Shown: positions 8,417-15,603, counted from the first letter of the stretch. The stretch: 21,812 bases of DNA from an uncultured Aquificales bacterium (GCA_964453345.1 CAYVOC010000024.1:1-21812); one strand, 5' to 3'. Translations and numbers: made by a program. The notes: a model not told the origin generated them from the sequence alone.

Positions 8417-8827
8417 CTATATCTTTATCTGAAGCGCTTTAAATGGGCACACCGGCACGCACAGCTCGCATCCCACGCATTTCTCTTTGTCAAAGTTCAC
8501 CTTCATGGTTTTTTTGTCTATGCTCAGTGCACCTGTGGGGCATATGGCCGTGCATGCGCCGCAGTGGGTGCAGAGATCCTCGTTCTTCTCTATGTCCGAG
8601 GCAAGGAACCTTACCCCGACCCCCACCTCCTTCAGGAATTCAATGCCCTTTTTGAAGTCGTCCTCTTCTCCTATCAGCTCTAACACCATCAGCCCCTGCT
8701 CGTTGGGCGTGATTTTGGCCTTTAGAATGTTGAACATAAGCCGGTGCCTTGAGTGCAACGTGTAAATTATGGGTTTGTCCCAGGTGTGTTTCGGAAACGT
8801 CAGGACCACCTTTTTGGCTACCTTCAA
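8417..8827 (-). CDS. NIL-domain / 2x[4Fe-4S] ferredoxin fusion protein
   Basis: N-terminal NIL (ACT-like) domain (VVLTFP...KPIIYTL...FNILKAKITPNEQGLMVLEL) and two CxxCxxCxxxCP motifs (CTHCGACTAICP, CVGCELCVPVCP). TTG start 7 nt after GGAGG. Confidence 0.88.
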   Translation of the reverse strand: MKVAKKVVLTFPKHTWDKPIIYTLHSRHRLMFNILKAKITPNEQGLMVLELIGEEDDFKKGIEFLKEVGVGVRFLASDIEKNEDLCTHCGACTAICPTGALSIDKKTMKVNFDKEKCVGCELCVPVCPFKALQIKI

Positions 8828-9696
8828 CCTTCATCCTCCCATGTGCTCAGTTTCTCTATCACCTTCGGGATAAGCCAGGTGGCTGTTTCTCTTAAAGAGC
8901 CTCCTGCCAGAACCACCTGGAGCCTGTTGTTTGTGTGTTCACGGGCGAACTCCTTGACCATGTCTTCTATTTTTAAGAAGCACTCCCTTGAAAGGCCCAG
9001 GCTCCCGTAATCCCCCCTGCAGGTATCGAATCCCATATACCAGAAAAAGAGATCGTGCTTGAAGCTCGATGCTATCTCGAGGGCTTTCTCAACAAGCTTG
9101 AGATACTCCGCATCGGGATCGCCTCCGTAGGTTACCCATGTTGCGTCGAAGTCGTGTCTCAATCCGTCTTCGCTGTGCCATTCCCTGTCGCAGAGGCAGA
9201 TGTGCAGGGTATTGGGGTCCCCTGTCAGTTCGAGCAGCTGTCGGGTGCCGTCCCCGTGGTGGGCGTCCGTGTCAAGGATGATGAATCTTAAGCTGGGATC
9301 TATTTTCTCCCTTGCGTTGGTTATGGCGAGTATCACATCGTTGAAGCAGCAGGCCCCCCAGAAGTAGTTTCTCCCTGCATGGTGCCCGCCGCAGCCTATG
9401 AAGCAGAAGGCGTTGGTGATTTCCCCCTTAAGGATCTTTTCCGTTGCCTCAACAACCCCTCCTGCGCTTTCATAAGCTGTTGAGCACAGGGGCATCTTTT
9501 CCACCTCGCTCACCATCTGCGGGGTGTGGATTTTCAGAACCAGATCCTTGCTTACAGGGGGGGATGTGAATAGCTGGATGTTTTTTCTTTCGAGGAGGTG
9601 AACCATTGCGTCGGGAAAATCTGCAAGCCTGTTGCCTCCCGTAAGGTAACTTTTTCTGCTGAAGGATGGATGGTAGAAGACACCGGTTGTCTTCAC
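8824..9696 (-). CDS. Zn-dependent histone deacetylase (HDAC/AcuC) family hydrolase
   Basis: GGHHAG (His pair), WGACCFND, LDTDAHHGDGT (Zn ligands D,H), GFDT (third Zn ligand) and C-terminal VLAGGS. GTG start after GGAGG. Confidence 0.85.
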   Translation of the reverse strand: MKTTGVFYHPSFSRKSYLTGGNRLADFPDAMVHLLERKNIQLFTSPPVSKDLVLKIHTPQMVSEVEKMPLCSTAYESAGGVVEATEKILKGEITNAFCFIGCGGHHAGRNYFWGACCFNDVILAITNAREKIDPSLRFIILDTDAHHGDGTRQLLELTGDPNTLHICLCDREWHSEDGLRHDFDATWVTYGGDPDAEYLKLVEKALEIASSFKHDLFFWYMGFDTCRGDYGSLGLSRECFLKIEDMVKEFAREHTNNRLQVVLAGGSLRETATWLIPKVIEKLSTWEDEG

Positions 9697-9697
9697 T

Positions 9698-10090
9698 TCA
9701 TCCTCCCAGGACTTTCTTGAGGCTTTCCGGTAGTTCCCTTTTTCTCCATTCCCTGTCTATGCAGACGAAAACAAGTTCGACCTCTGCCACCTTAAGGTTA
9801 TTGTTCAAAAAATCTATCCTGAAGGTTACGGATGTTCTTCCGATTTTTTCCACCCTTACAACGGGTATGATGAAGGCAGGGTATCTGACGGGAGATGTGA
9901 ATCTGCCCCTTGATGCCACAACGGGCATTCCGTAGCCTTCATCTGTGTTTCTAAAAAAACTATCCGGATCCAGGCCTCTCTCCCTCAAAAAGTCCTCAAC
10001 CGCCTGGTGGGCATACCTGTGATAGGTGGAGTAATACACAACCCCGTAGGGATCGGTGTCTCCGAACCTTATCCAGAAGCCGCCAGCCAT
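9698..10090 (-). CDS. Acyl-CoA thioesterase, 4-hydroxybenzoyl-CoA thioesterase (4HBT)/YbgC hot-dog family
   Basis: IRFGDTDPYGVVYYSTY matches the 4HBT-I signature (RFGDxDPxGxV) with the catalytic Asp. Also has PVVASRGRFTSPVRY, KIGRTSVTF and a C-terminal ELPESLK. Confidence 0.88.
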   Translation of the reverse strand: MAGGFWIRFGDTDPYGVVYYSTYHRYAHQAVEDFLRERGLDPDSFFRNTDEGYGMPVVASRGRFTSPVRYPAFIIPVVRVEKIGRTSVTFRIDFLNNNLKVAEVELVFVCIDREWRKRELPESLKKVLGG

Positions 10091-10098
10091 TAAGAATC

Positions 10099-11058
10099 TT
10101 ATACCGCAATGGGGGCTTCCTCTTCAACCTCTTTTAGGACGGTGCAGGTTCTTCTGTTCCTCTCGGCGTCCCTGACCTTGGATATCTCTTCGAGCCTTTT
10201 TCTATATGTGTCCTTGTTGGGAAGGTAACCTTTTTCAACTATGGTATCTATCACCTCTCTGTAGAAGGAGACTATCTTCGAGATGAGCCCAGGGTTGTAT
10301 TCCCTGCCCTGTATCTTCAGGCAGTCCACGCCTGCGGCTATCCACTCCTCCAGGTTTTCGAAGGCCAGAAACATATCGTTTCTGAGTATCACCTTCTTCC
10401 CTTCCCACTTCCAGTTTGCCTTGCAGATTCTGTGGCAGTATCCTCCCCTGTTGGGGCTTCCGTGGAAGTGGTTTTTGCCAGATTCATCGTATACCCACTG
10501 ATGCTTTACGTAGCTGCTGAAGAGGCACTTGCCTAAGTAGGTGAAGCAGGTGTTCGAGTGCAGAAACACCTCTATCCCCACCGGCACCTGCTCCTTTATC
10601 TGTCTGGCCTCCTCTGGCGTGAGGTTGCAGGGGAGGACCACCATGTCCGCTCCCAGCTCCCTGTAAAACCACATGTCTTCTGTGTTTACAGCGTTCATCC
10701 CGGCGCTAACATGCACCTCCATTTCGGGGGCTATCTCTTTTATTACCGGGATGGCTCCCACATCGTTTATTATCACCCCATGAACTCCCATACGGGAAAG
10801 CCTTGAGATGCACTCCTTGAACATGGGATACTCGAAGCTTGAGAAGGCGCTGTTTATGGCAACCCTCACCTGCTTGTTCCTTCTTTGGGCCTCACCGGCT
10901 ATTTCCTCTATCTGTTCCAACTTCAGCTCGTATTCCTTGGTGCGCCTGCTCCAGCCGTAAAGCCCCACATACACCGCATCGGCTCCCGCATCAAAGCAGG
11001 CCCTCGCCATCTCTATGCTTCCGCCTGGTCCTAAAAGGGAGACCCTATTTTGCCTCAT
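10099..11058 (-). CDS. Peptidase U32 family Fe-S protein, UbiU/TrhP/RlhA-like (copy 2)
   Basis: Motifs LLGPGGS, AGADAVYVG, IINDVG, VHVS, IEVFLHSNTC, Cys cluster CX6CX29CX3C (CFTYLGKC...GYCHRIC) and GVDCLKIQGR. The start was moved to the ATG at 11058 because GGAGGGAGG lies directly upstream. Confidence 0.88.
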   Translation of the reverse strand: MRQNRVSLLGPGGSIEMARACFDAGADAVYVGLYGWSRRTKEYELKLEQIEEIAGEAQRRNKQVRVAINSAFSSFEYPMFKECISRLSRMGVHGVIINDVGAIPVIKEIAPEMEVHVSAGMNAVNTEDMWFYRELGADMVVLPCNLTPEEARQIKEQVPVGIEVFLHSNTCFTYLGKCLFSSYVKHQWVYDESGKNHFHGSPNRGGYCHRICKANWKWEGKKVILRNDMFLAFENLEEWIAAGVDCLKIQGREYNPGLISKIVSFYREVIDTIVEKGYLPNKDTYRKRLEEISKVRDAERNRRTCTVLKEVEEEAPIAV

Positions 11059-11998
11059 GTCCCTCCCTCCTTTCCGTTTCGTGAACACACTCTCCTCCGA
11101 ACAGCTTGCCTATGTATCTGTGCCCCGATCTTCTGAAGAGATAGCCGTTGCACACACCGTTCGGGCAGAGGCCTGCAATTGTCCCTATCCAGTCGGGATC
11201 TATGTAGCTGTCTTCGCCCTCCTCTATTTTTATTAATGCCTCCCGGTATATTCTCGCCATGGTGTTTATGTAGTCCGGGGATTCCCTGAGTCCCTGTATG
11301 TGAAAGATTCTAAATCCTCTGTAGTGCAGCGTTCCGAGATACTCTAAGGTTACCCAGTCCTTGCCCGATAGCGTTGCAAAGCCAATGTTTTTAAGTTTCC
11401 ACTTGCCCGATGTTAGCCAGATGCCATCACATATGGTTTCGCATTCCCTCGGAGAATACTCTTTGATGAAACAGTTTTCGGATATTCCCAGGGGCAGCTT
11501 GCCCTGGGCGAAAAAGGAGATCTCTGCCGGTGAGTTTTCCTTTATGAACTGTATCTCTTCCAAGGAGAGTTCCGGGTTTAGAAACACCCTTTTTACCCCA
11601 AAATTGCTCAGGACCCTTACGGTCTCGTGGGTGTAGATGTTTGAGAAGAACCCCATGTGAATCTCTTTGAACAGCTTATTTTTGCTAACTATCCTGAGGA
11701 GACCCAGGTTGTGAACCTCTATCCCGTCGAGGGGCAGCTCCGATGCCCTTTCGATGAAGGGAACGATCCTTTTAAGATGCGCATTTCTGGGAACGGCGAA
11801 GGTTGAAAGATAAGCCTTTTTTCCGAACTCTTTGACCATGGAGACCGCTTCCTTGAGCCTGTCGAGGTTTCTGCTCAGGGCTTCGGGATACTCCATGCAG
11901 GTGGGATCGCCCAGATATATCCCGTCTATCATATTGAGATCCAGCCTTTTTAGCTTATCAAGGGTTTCAGCGTGGGTTGTTATTTCAAAGCTTTTCAT
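11045..11998 (-). CDS. Peptidase U32 family Fe-S protein, UbiV-like
   Basis: UbiV-type signatures: IYLGDPTC (cf. YLGEAVC), GKKAYLST, NIYTHET, GVKRVFLNPELS, GKLPLGISENCF...ECETIC (cf. GHLPLAYSARCF...ECETCC) and C-terminal CNGY. The start was set at ATG 11998 (RBS GGAG). Confidence 0.88.
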   Translation of the reverse strand: MKSFEITTHAETLDKLKRLDLNMIDGIYLGDPTCMEYPEALSRNLDRLKEAVSMVKEFGKKAYLSTFAVPRNAHLKRIVPFIERASELPLDGIEVHNLGLLRIVSKNKLFKEIHMGFFSNIYTHETVRVLSNFGVKRVFLNPELSLEEIQFIKENSPAEISFFAQGKLPLGISENCFIKEYSPRECETICDGIWLTSGKWKLKNIGFATLSGKDWVTLEYLGTLHYRGFRIFHIQGLRESPDYINTMARIYREALIKIEEGEDSYIDPDWIGTIAGLCPNGVCNGYLFRRSGHRYIGKLFGGECVHETERREGHEAK

Positions 11999-12821
11999 AC
12001 TCTTTCTCCAGATCAAAAATGATGCCTTCAACAATTCTCTTTAAAAGTTCAAAGGGCATTCCCCGACCTCCAATCTTTAGGTGCCTTATCCCCAGTGTTG
12101 CAAGCTCTAAGGGTGAATATAATTTGTGATTGGTGAGGGGCGCAAGGGAGAAGAAGCTTTCTGAATCCGTAAACCACTCCTGAGCGCACGGCCTGAAGCA
12201 TATGCCGCTTCTTTTGGCGCTGCCCTCCCATATGAGGGATCTCACTCCGCAGTTGGTTATTATCATATCAAAGAAGGAGCTGAGCCTGCATATGCCGAGG
12301 TAGGTGGCTATGCACTTGATACCGTGAACCATTATTTCAAGCTCCGCTCCGGCGTTAACGGCGGCTCTGTTTATCTCGTCTATCTCCTGCAGGGAAAGGT
12401 TGGGGGACAGAACCATCCTTTTGGCGCCAAGCTCTGCGTAGAAGACGACATCCTGGGCGTTCAGTAGAGATGTTCCCAAGCTCGCATGAACTTCGCAACC
12501 CCACTCACTCAAGCGTTTTATGATAGATACATCTGATGCTATTACGGCATCTATGCCGCATTCCAGGGCCTTTTCTAAGGTTTTCAGGGCCATTTTGGTT
12601 TCAAAGGGGGAGGGCATAAGGTTGAAGGAAAGGTATATTCTTTTCCCGAGGCTGTGGGTTGTGTCGGTGGCGATTCTCAGCTCCTTAAGGTTGAATTCGT
12701 TTCCCCTGTTGGCCCTGGACCATCCGGCTATTCCCACATAAATCGCATCTATGGGCAGTCCGAGGACTTTATCAAGATCTCTTATGGATGCGCACGGAGC
12801 TATGAGTTCCACGCCGAACAT
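11985..12821 (-). CDS. Peptidase U32 family Fe-S protein, UbiU/TrhP/RlhA-like (copy 1)
   Basis: Motifs ELIAP, DAIYVGIAGWSRA, IDAVIASD, EVHAS, GAKRMVLS..LSLQEI, LEIMVHG.KC, Cys cluster CX7CX29CX3C and LKIGGR. The start was set at ATG 12821 (RBS GAGG); the longer ORF start lies in the AT-rich promoter gap. Confidence 0.85.
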   Translation of the reverse strand: MFGVELIAPCASIRDLDKVLGLPIDAIYVGIAGWSRANRGNEFNLKELRIATDTTHSLGKRIYLSFNLMPSPFETKMALKTLEKALECGIDAVIASDVSIIKRLSEWGCEVHASLGTSLLNAQDVVFYAELGAKRMVLSPNLSLQEIDEINRAAVNAGAELEIMVHGIKCIATYLGICRLSSFFDMIITNCGVRSLIWEGSAKRSGICFRPCAQEWFTDSESFFSLAPLTNHKLYSPLELATLGIRHLKIGGRGMPFELLKRIVEGIIFDLEKEYEKL

Positions 12822-12840
12822 TTTGAACCTCGGTTTTATA

Positions 12841-12925
12841 CAAATATGTGAATCGGAAATAAAAGTCAAGCTGAAATTATTGACTAAGGGCAATTTTTAT
12901 GGCTTTAATCTAAACTTGAGGTTTA
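12841..12925. promoter_or_regulatory. Divergent promoter region between the U32 operon and the CoA ligase
   Basis: AT-rich 127-bp gap. Plus strand: TTGACT (12880-12885), 18 nt, TTTAAT (12904-12909). Minus strand: TTGACT (12869-12864) with a weaker -10 (TATTTG at 17 nt). Palindrome TAAAC-N5-GTTTA at 12911-12925. Confidence 0.55.
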
Positions 12926-12948
12926 AAAATTATCACAGGAGGGCAGCT

Positions 12949-14634
12949 ATGGCAAAGATACCTGAGAATTATCTGCCTCCAAGGGAGCTGTGGCCCACTT
13001 ATTCTTATCCTGATGAGTTGAAACCCTTTTTAAAAGAACCCACCAATCTTGCGGATGTTCTACTCGATAGGCACATAAGGGCCGGTCTTGAAAATCAGCC
13101 CGCCATCTACTGCGGCGGTAAGATGGTCACCTACGGCGAAGTCTATGAGATGGCGAATAGACTTGCCAATGCCCTTATCGATCTGGGGGTTGAGAAGCAG
13201 GACAGGGTGACTCTGAGGATGGTGAATTCCATTGAGGCGATAGTGGCGAACTTTGCCCTTCAGAAGATAGGTGCTATCCCCGTTCCCACAAGCCCCCTCT
13301 GGTCCAAGGATGAAATCGCCTATGTCTTTAACAACGCAGAGGCCAAGTTTGCCTTTGTGAGCTATCCTCTCTTGGAGGAGGCTGCCAAGGCCAAGGATAA
13401 GCTACAGCACACCAAGAACTTCATCGTGATAGGCGGTCCGGCCGATGAGGTCAGGAGTGCCGGATTCATCTATTTCCAGGATCTTCTTGAGAAGGGCAGC
13501 AACTCCAGGGTGTGTGAGGATGTTTCTCTGGATGACATAGGTGTCATCCTTTACACCTCTGGAACCACAGGTTTTCCCAAGGGCGTTGCTCACTTCGTTA
13601 GAGAGGTGATCTCCTCCGCATATCTGGTGAATAAATACGTGTGGAGACTGGTGGTGGGCGATGTTCTGGGAGGCTCTGCTCCTGTCAGCTTTGCCGCTGG
13701 ATACGGGACCTTTGCCATAATCCCCTGGTTTGGCGGAGCCACCATCTCCATGATGGGCAGGTTCACTCCCGAAGGGCTGATGGAGATGATAGAGAAGACA
13801 AGGGTTACGGTTCTCACGGGTCTTCCCACCGCTTACAGAAGGCTGCTTCAATTCGAGAACTTCGATAAATACGATATAAGTTCCCTCAGGATGTGCACAA
13901 GCGGTGGAGACGCCCTTGGCGTTGAGACCTACAAGGCCTGGATGGAGAAGACGGGGCTTCCCATTTACGAGGGGCTTGGTGCCACCGAAATGGTGCATCT
14001 TATCACTTCCAATGCAGTCAACATGAGGCCCAAGCCCGGATCCATAGGAATTCCCATCCCCGGCTACGATATCAAGGTCATTGATGACAACGGCAATGAG
14101 TGCAAGCCCGGTGAGGTTGGAAAGTTGACCGTCGTAGGGCCGACAGGACCCCTCTACTGGAAGCCCTATGAAGACAACAACAGACTCTATGAGGAGCAGA
14201 AGAAGGCGGTTCAGAATGGAAGGATCAGGCTCGGTGATGCCGTTTACATGGACGAGGATGGCTACATCTTCTTCGTTTCAAGAGAGTCTGACATGATCAA
14301 GAGCTCCGGATACAGGATCGGTCCGGGTGAGGTTGAGGAGGCACTCAAGAAGCATCCCGCCGTTAAGGACGCCGGCGTTATTGGCTCTCCCGATCCCGTG
14401 CGCGGTGAGATAACCAAGGCCTACATAATCCTCGAAGAGGGCTATGAGCCTTCCGAGGAGCTGGCAAGGGAGATCGTCGAGTCCTGTAAGGAATACATCG
14501 CTGTTTACAAGCTGCCCAGAGCCGTTTGCTTCTGTGACCAGCTGCCTGTGACGCCTACCGGTAAGCTTCTCAGAAGAGTGCTCAAACAGTGGGATAAGGA
14601 AGATAAATATCCCACAATTAGAATATCTCAGTAG
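12949..14634 (+). CDS. Aromatic acid-CoA ligase (benzoate / 2-aminobenzoate-CoA ligase-like, ANL superfamily)
   Basis: A3 ILYTSGTTGFPKG, A5 IYEGLGATEM, PGSIGIPIPGY, A8 RESDMIKSSGYRIGPGEVE, A10 LPVTPTGKLLR. The N-terminal LPPRELWP..YP...NLA..LLDRH is typical of the 2-aminobenzoate-CoA ligase subfamily. Start ATG 12949 follows AGGAGG. The substrate is inferred, not shown. Confidence 0.85.
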   Translation: MAKIPENYLPPRELWPTYSYPDELKPFLKEPTNLADVLLDRHIRAGLENQPAIYCGGKMVTYGEVYEMANRLANALIDLGVEKQDRVTLRMVNSIEAIVANFALQKIGAIPVPTSPLWSKDEIAYVFNNAEAKFAFVSYPLLEEAAKAKDKLQHTKNFIVIGGPADEVRSAGFIYFQDLLEKGSNSRVCEDVSLDDIGVILYTSGTTGFPKGVAHFVREVISSAYLVNKYVWRLVVGDVLGGSAPVSFAAGYGTFAIIPWFGGATISMMGRFTPEGLMEMIEKTRVTVLTGLPTAYRRLLQFENFDKYDISSLRMCTSGGDALGVETYKAWMEKTGLPIYEGLGATEMVHLITSNAVNMRPKPGSIGIPIPGYDIKVIDDNGNECKPGEVGKLTVVGPTGPLYWKPYEDNNRLYEEQKKAVQNGRIRLGDAVYMDEDGYIFFVSRESDMIKSSGYRIGPGEVEEALKKHPAVKDAGVIGSPDPVRGEITKAYIILEEGYEPSEELAREIVESCKEYIAVYKLPRAVCFCDQLPVTPTGKLLRRVLKQWDKEDKYPTIRISQ

Positions 14635-14650
14635 TCCTTCAAAGGCTGTT

Positions 14651-14693
14651 AGGGGGGCCTCAACCCGGGGCCCCCTTTGAATTGTTTTTTGTC
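14651..14693 (+). terminator. Rho-independent terminator after the CoA ligase
   Basis: Hairpin AGGGGGGCCTC-AACCC-GGGGCCCCCTT (11-bp stem with two G-U pairs, 14651-14677) followed by a T-rich tract (TGAATTGTTTTTTGT), 16 nt after the stop. Confidence 0.7.
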
Positions 14694-14733
14694 TGTTGCT
14701 TTTTCCCCTCCGGTGTGGCATCTCGTCCTTGGA

Positions 14734-15603
14734 ATGCGCAAGGTTGTAAAATACAAACAGACTTTTGAAAGCGGAGAGGTTCGCTGCAGGGTATGTTACT
14801 TTAAGTGCAGGTTATCCCCCGGGGATGTGGGCAGGTGTCTTGTGCGCACAAACATAGGCGGAGAGCTATACAATGTGGCCTATGGTCTTCTAAGCAGAAT
14901 GGATGTTGTTCATGCCCGTGATCTGCCCATGGCGGAGGGGAAAGGGCTGTGGCTCAAGGTGGGGTCGGTGGGGTGCAATCTCAGGTGTCCGGGATGTGCC
15001 TTCTGGGACCTTGCCTGGAACCGCCCTGTAGGGGGAGAGGGGACAAGGAGAGTGGAGCCTGCTCAGCTTGTTGAGGAGGCTGTTTCAAATGGATGTGTGG
15101 GGCTGTGTTTCGGCTACACTGAACCTTTGGCTGTTTTAGAGTATGTTCAGGAGGCCTTTGCCATCGCCAAAAAAAGGGGCATGAACACGGCCCTATACAC
15201 CAACGGGACCTTTACTTCTGAGGTGGCTCAGGATATTGTGAAGGTGTGTGATGCCTTTATTGTAGATCTCAAGGCCTATTCAAGGGAGGCTTTTAGGAGG
15301 GTTTCCGGTAACGCTTATATGTCCGTTGAGGTAATGGAGACGGTGGAGGAGCTTTTCAGGCTTGGGAGCAGGGTGGAGCTTATAACGAGGCTGATTCCGG
15401 GCTATAACGATTCGGTCTTTGAAATCCGCTCAATTGCCCGGTGGATTGCCATGAAACTTTCCCCCGATGTGGTGTGGCATCTGGTCCCCTTCAGGCCCGT
15501 TCCCAACCTATACCATGTTCCCGCCACCGGTGCGGATAGGCTTATAGAGGCCTCCCGTATAGCTGAGGAAGAGGGAGTAAAAAGGGTAATTCTGCATCAA
15601 TGA
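14734..15603 (+). CDS. Radical SAM protein, AmmeMemoRadiSam (AmrS)/PflA-like
   Basis: N-terminal CxxCxxxC...GxxGxCxVRxN motif ([23 protein letters not shown]), radical SAM CxxxCxxC (GCNLRCPGC), [31 protein letters not shown]. The start was placed at ATG 14734 because the ORF-track start overlaps the terminator. Confidence 0.82.
   Translation: MRKVVKYKQTFESGEVRCRVCYFKCRLSPGDVGRCLVRTNIGGELYNVAYGLLSRMDVVHARDLPMAEGKGLWLKVGSVGCNLRCPGCAFWDLAWNRPVGGEGTRRVEPAQLVEEAVSNGCVGLCFGYTEPLAVLEYVQEAFAIAKKRGMNTALYTNGTFTSEVAQDIVKVCDAFIVDLKAYSREAFRRVSGNAYMSVEVMETVEELFRLGSRVELITRLIPGYNDSVFEIRSIARWIAMKLSPDVVWHLVPFRPVPNLYHVPATGADRLIEASRIAEEEGVKRVILHQ

Noticed and set aside
8640-8834. 64-aa ORF starting at the ATG right after GGAGG (MKVEGSQ...)
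   Set aside because: It has zero SD spacing and no motifs. The TTG 7 nt downstream opens the clear NIL-ferredoxin frame.
10099-12821. Annotation of the U32 genes as collagenase-like proteases, or directly as ubiquinone genes ubiU/ubiV
   Set aside because: The Fe-S Cys motifs point to the hydroxylation role known for this family. No ubiT or other ubi genes are adjacent, so ubi gene symbols are not justified.
12751-12948. ORF-track N-terminal extensions of the CoA ligase (from 12751) and of the first U32 gene (from 12893)
   Set aside because: They would overlap each other head-to-head across the AT-rich promoter gap. Internal ATGs at 12949 and 12821 have good RBSs and match the family N-termini.
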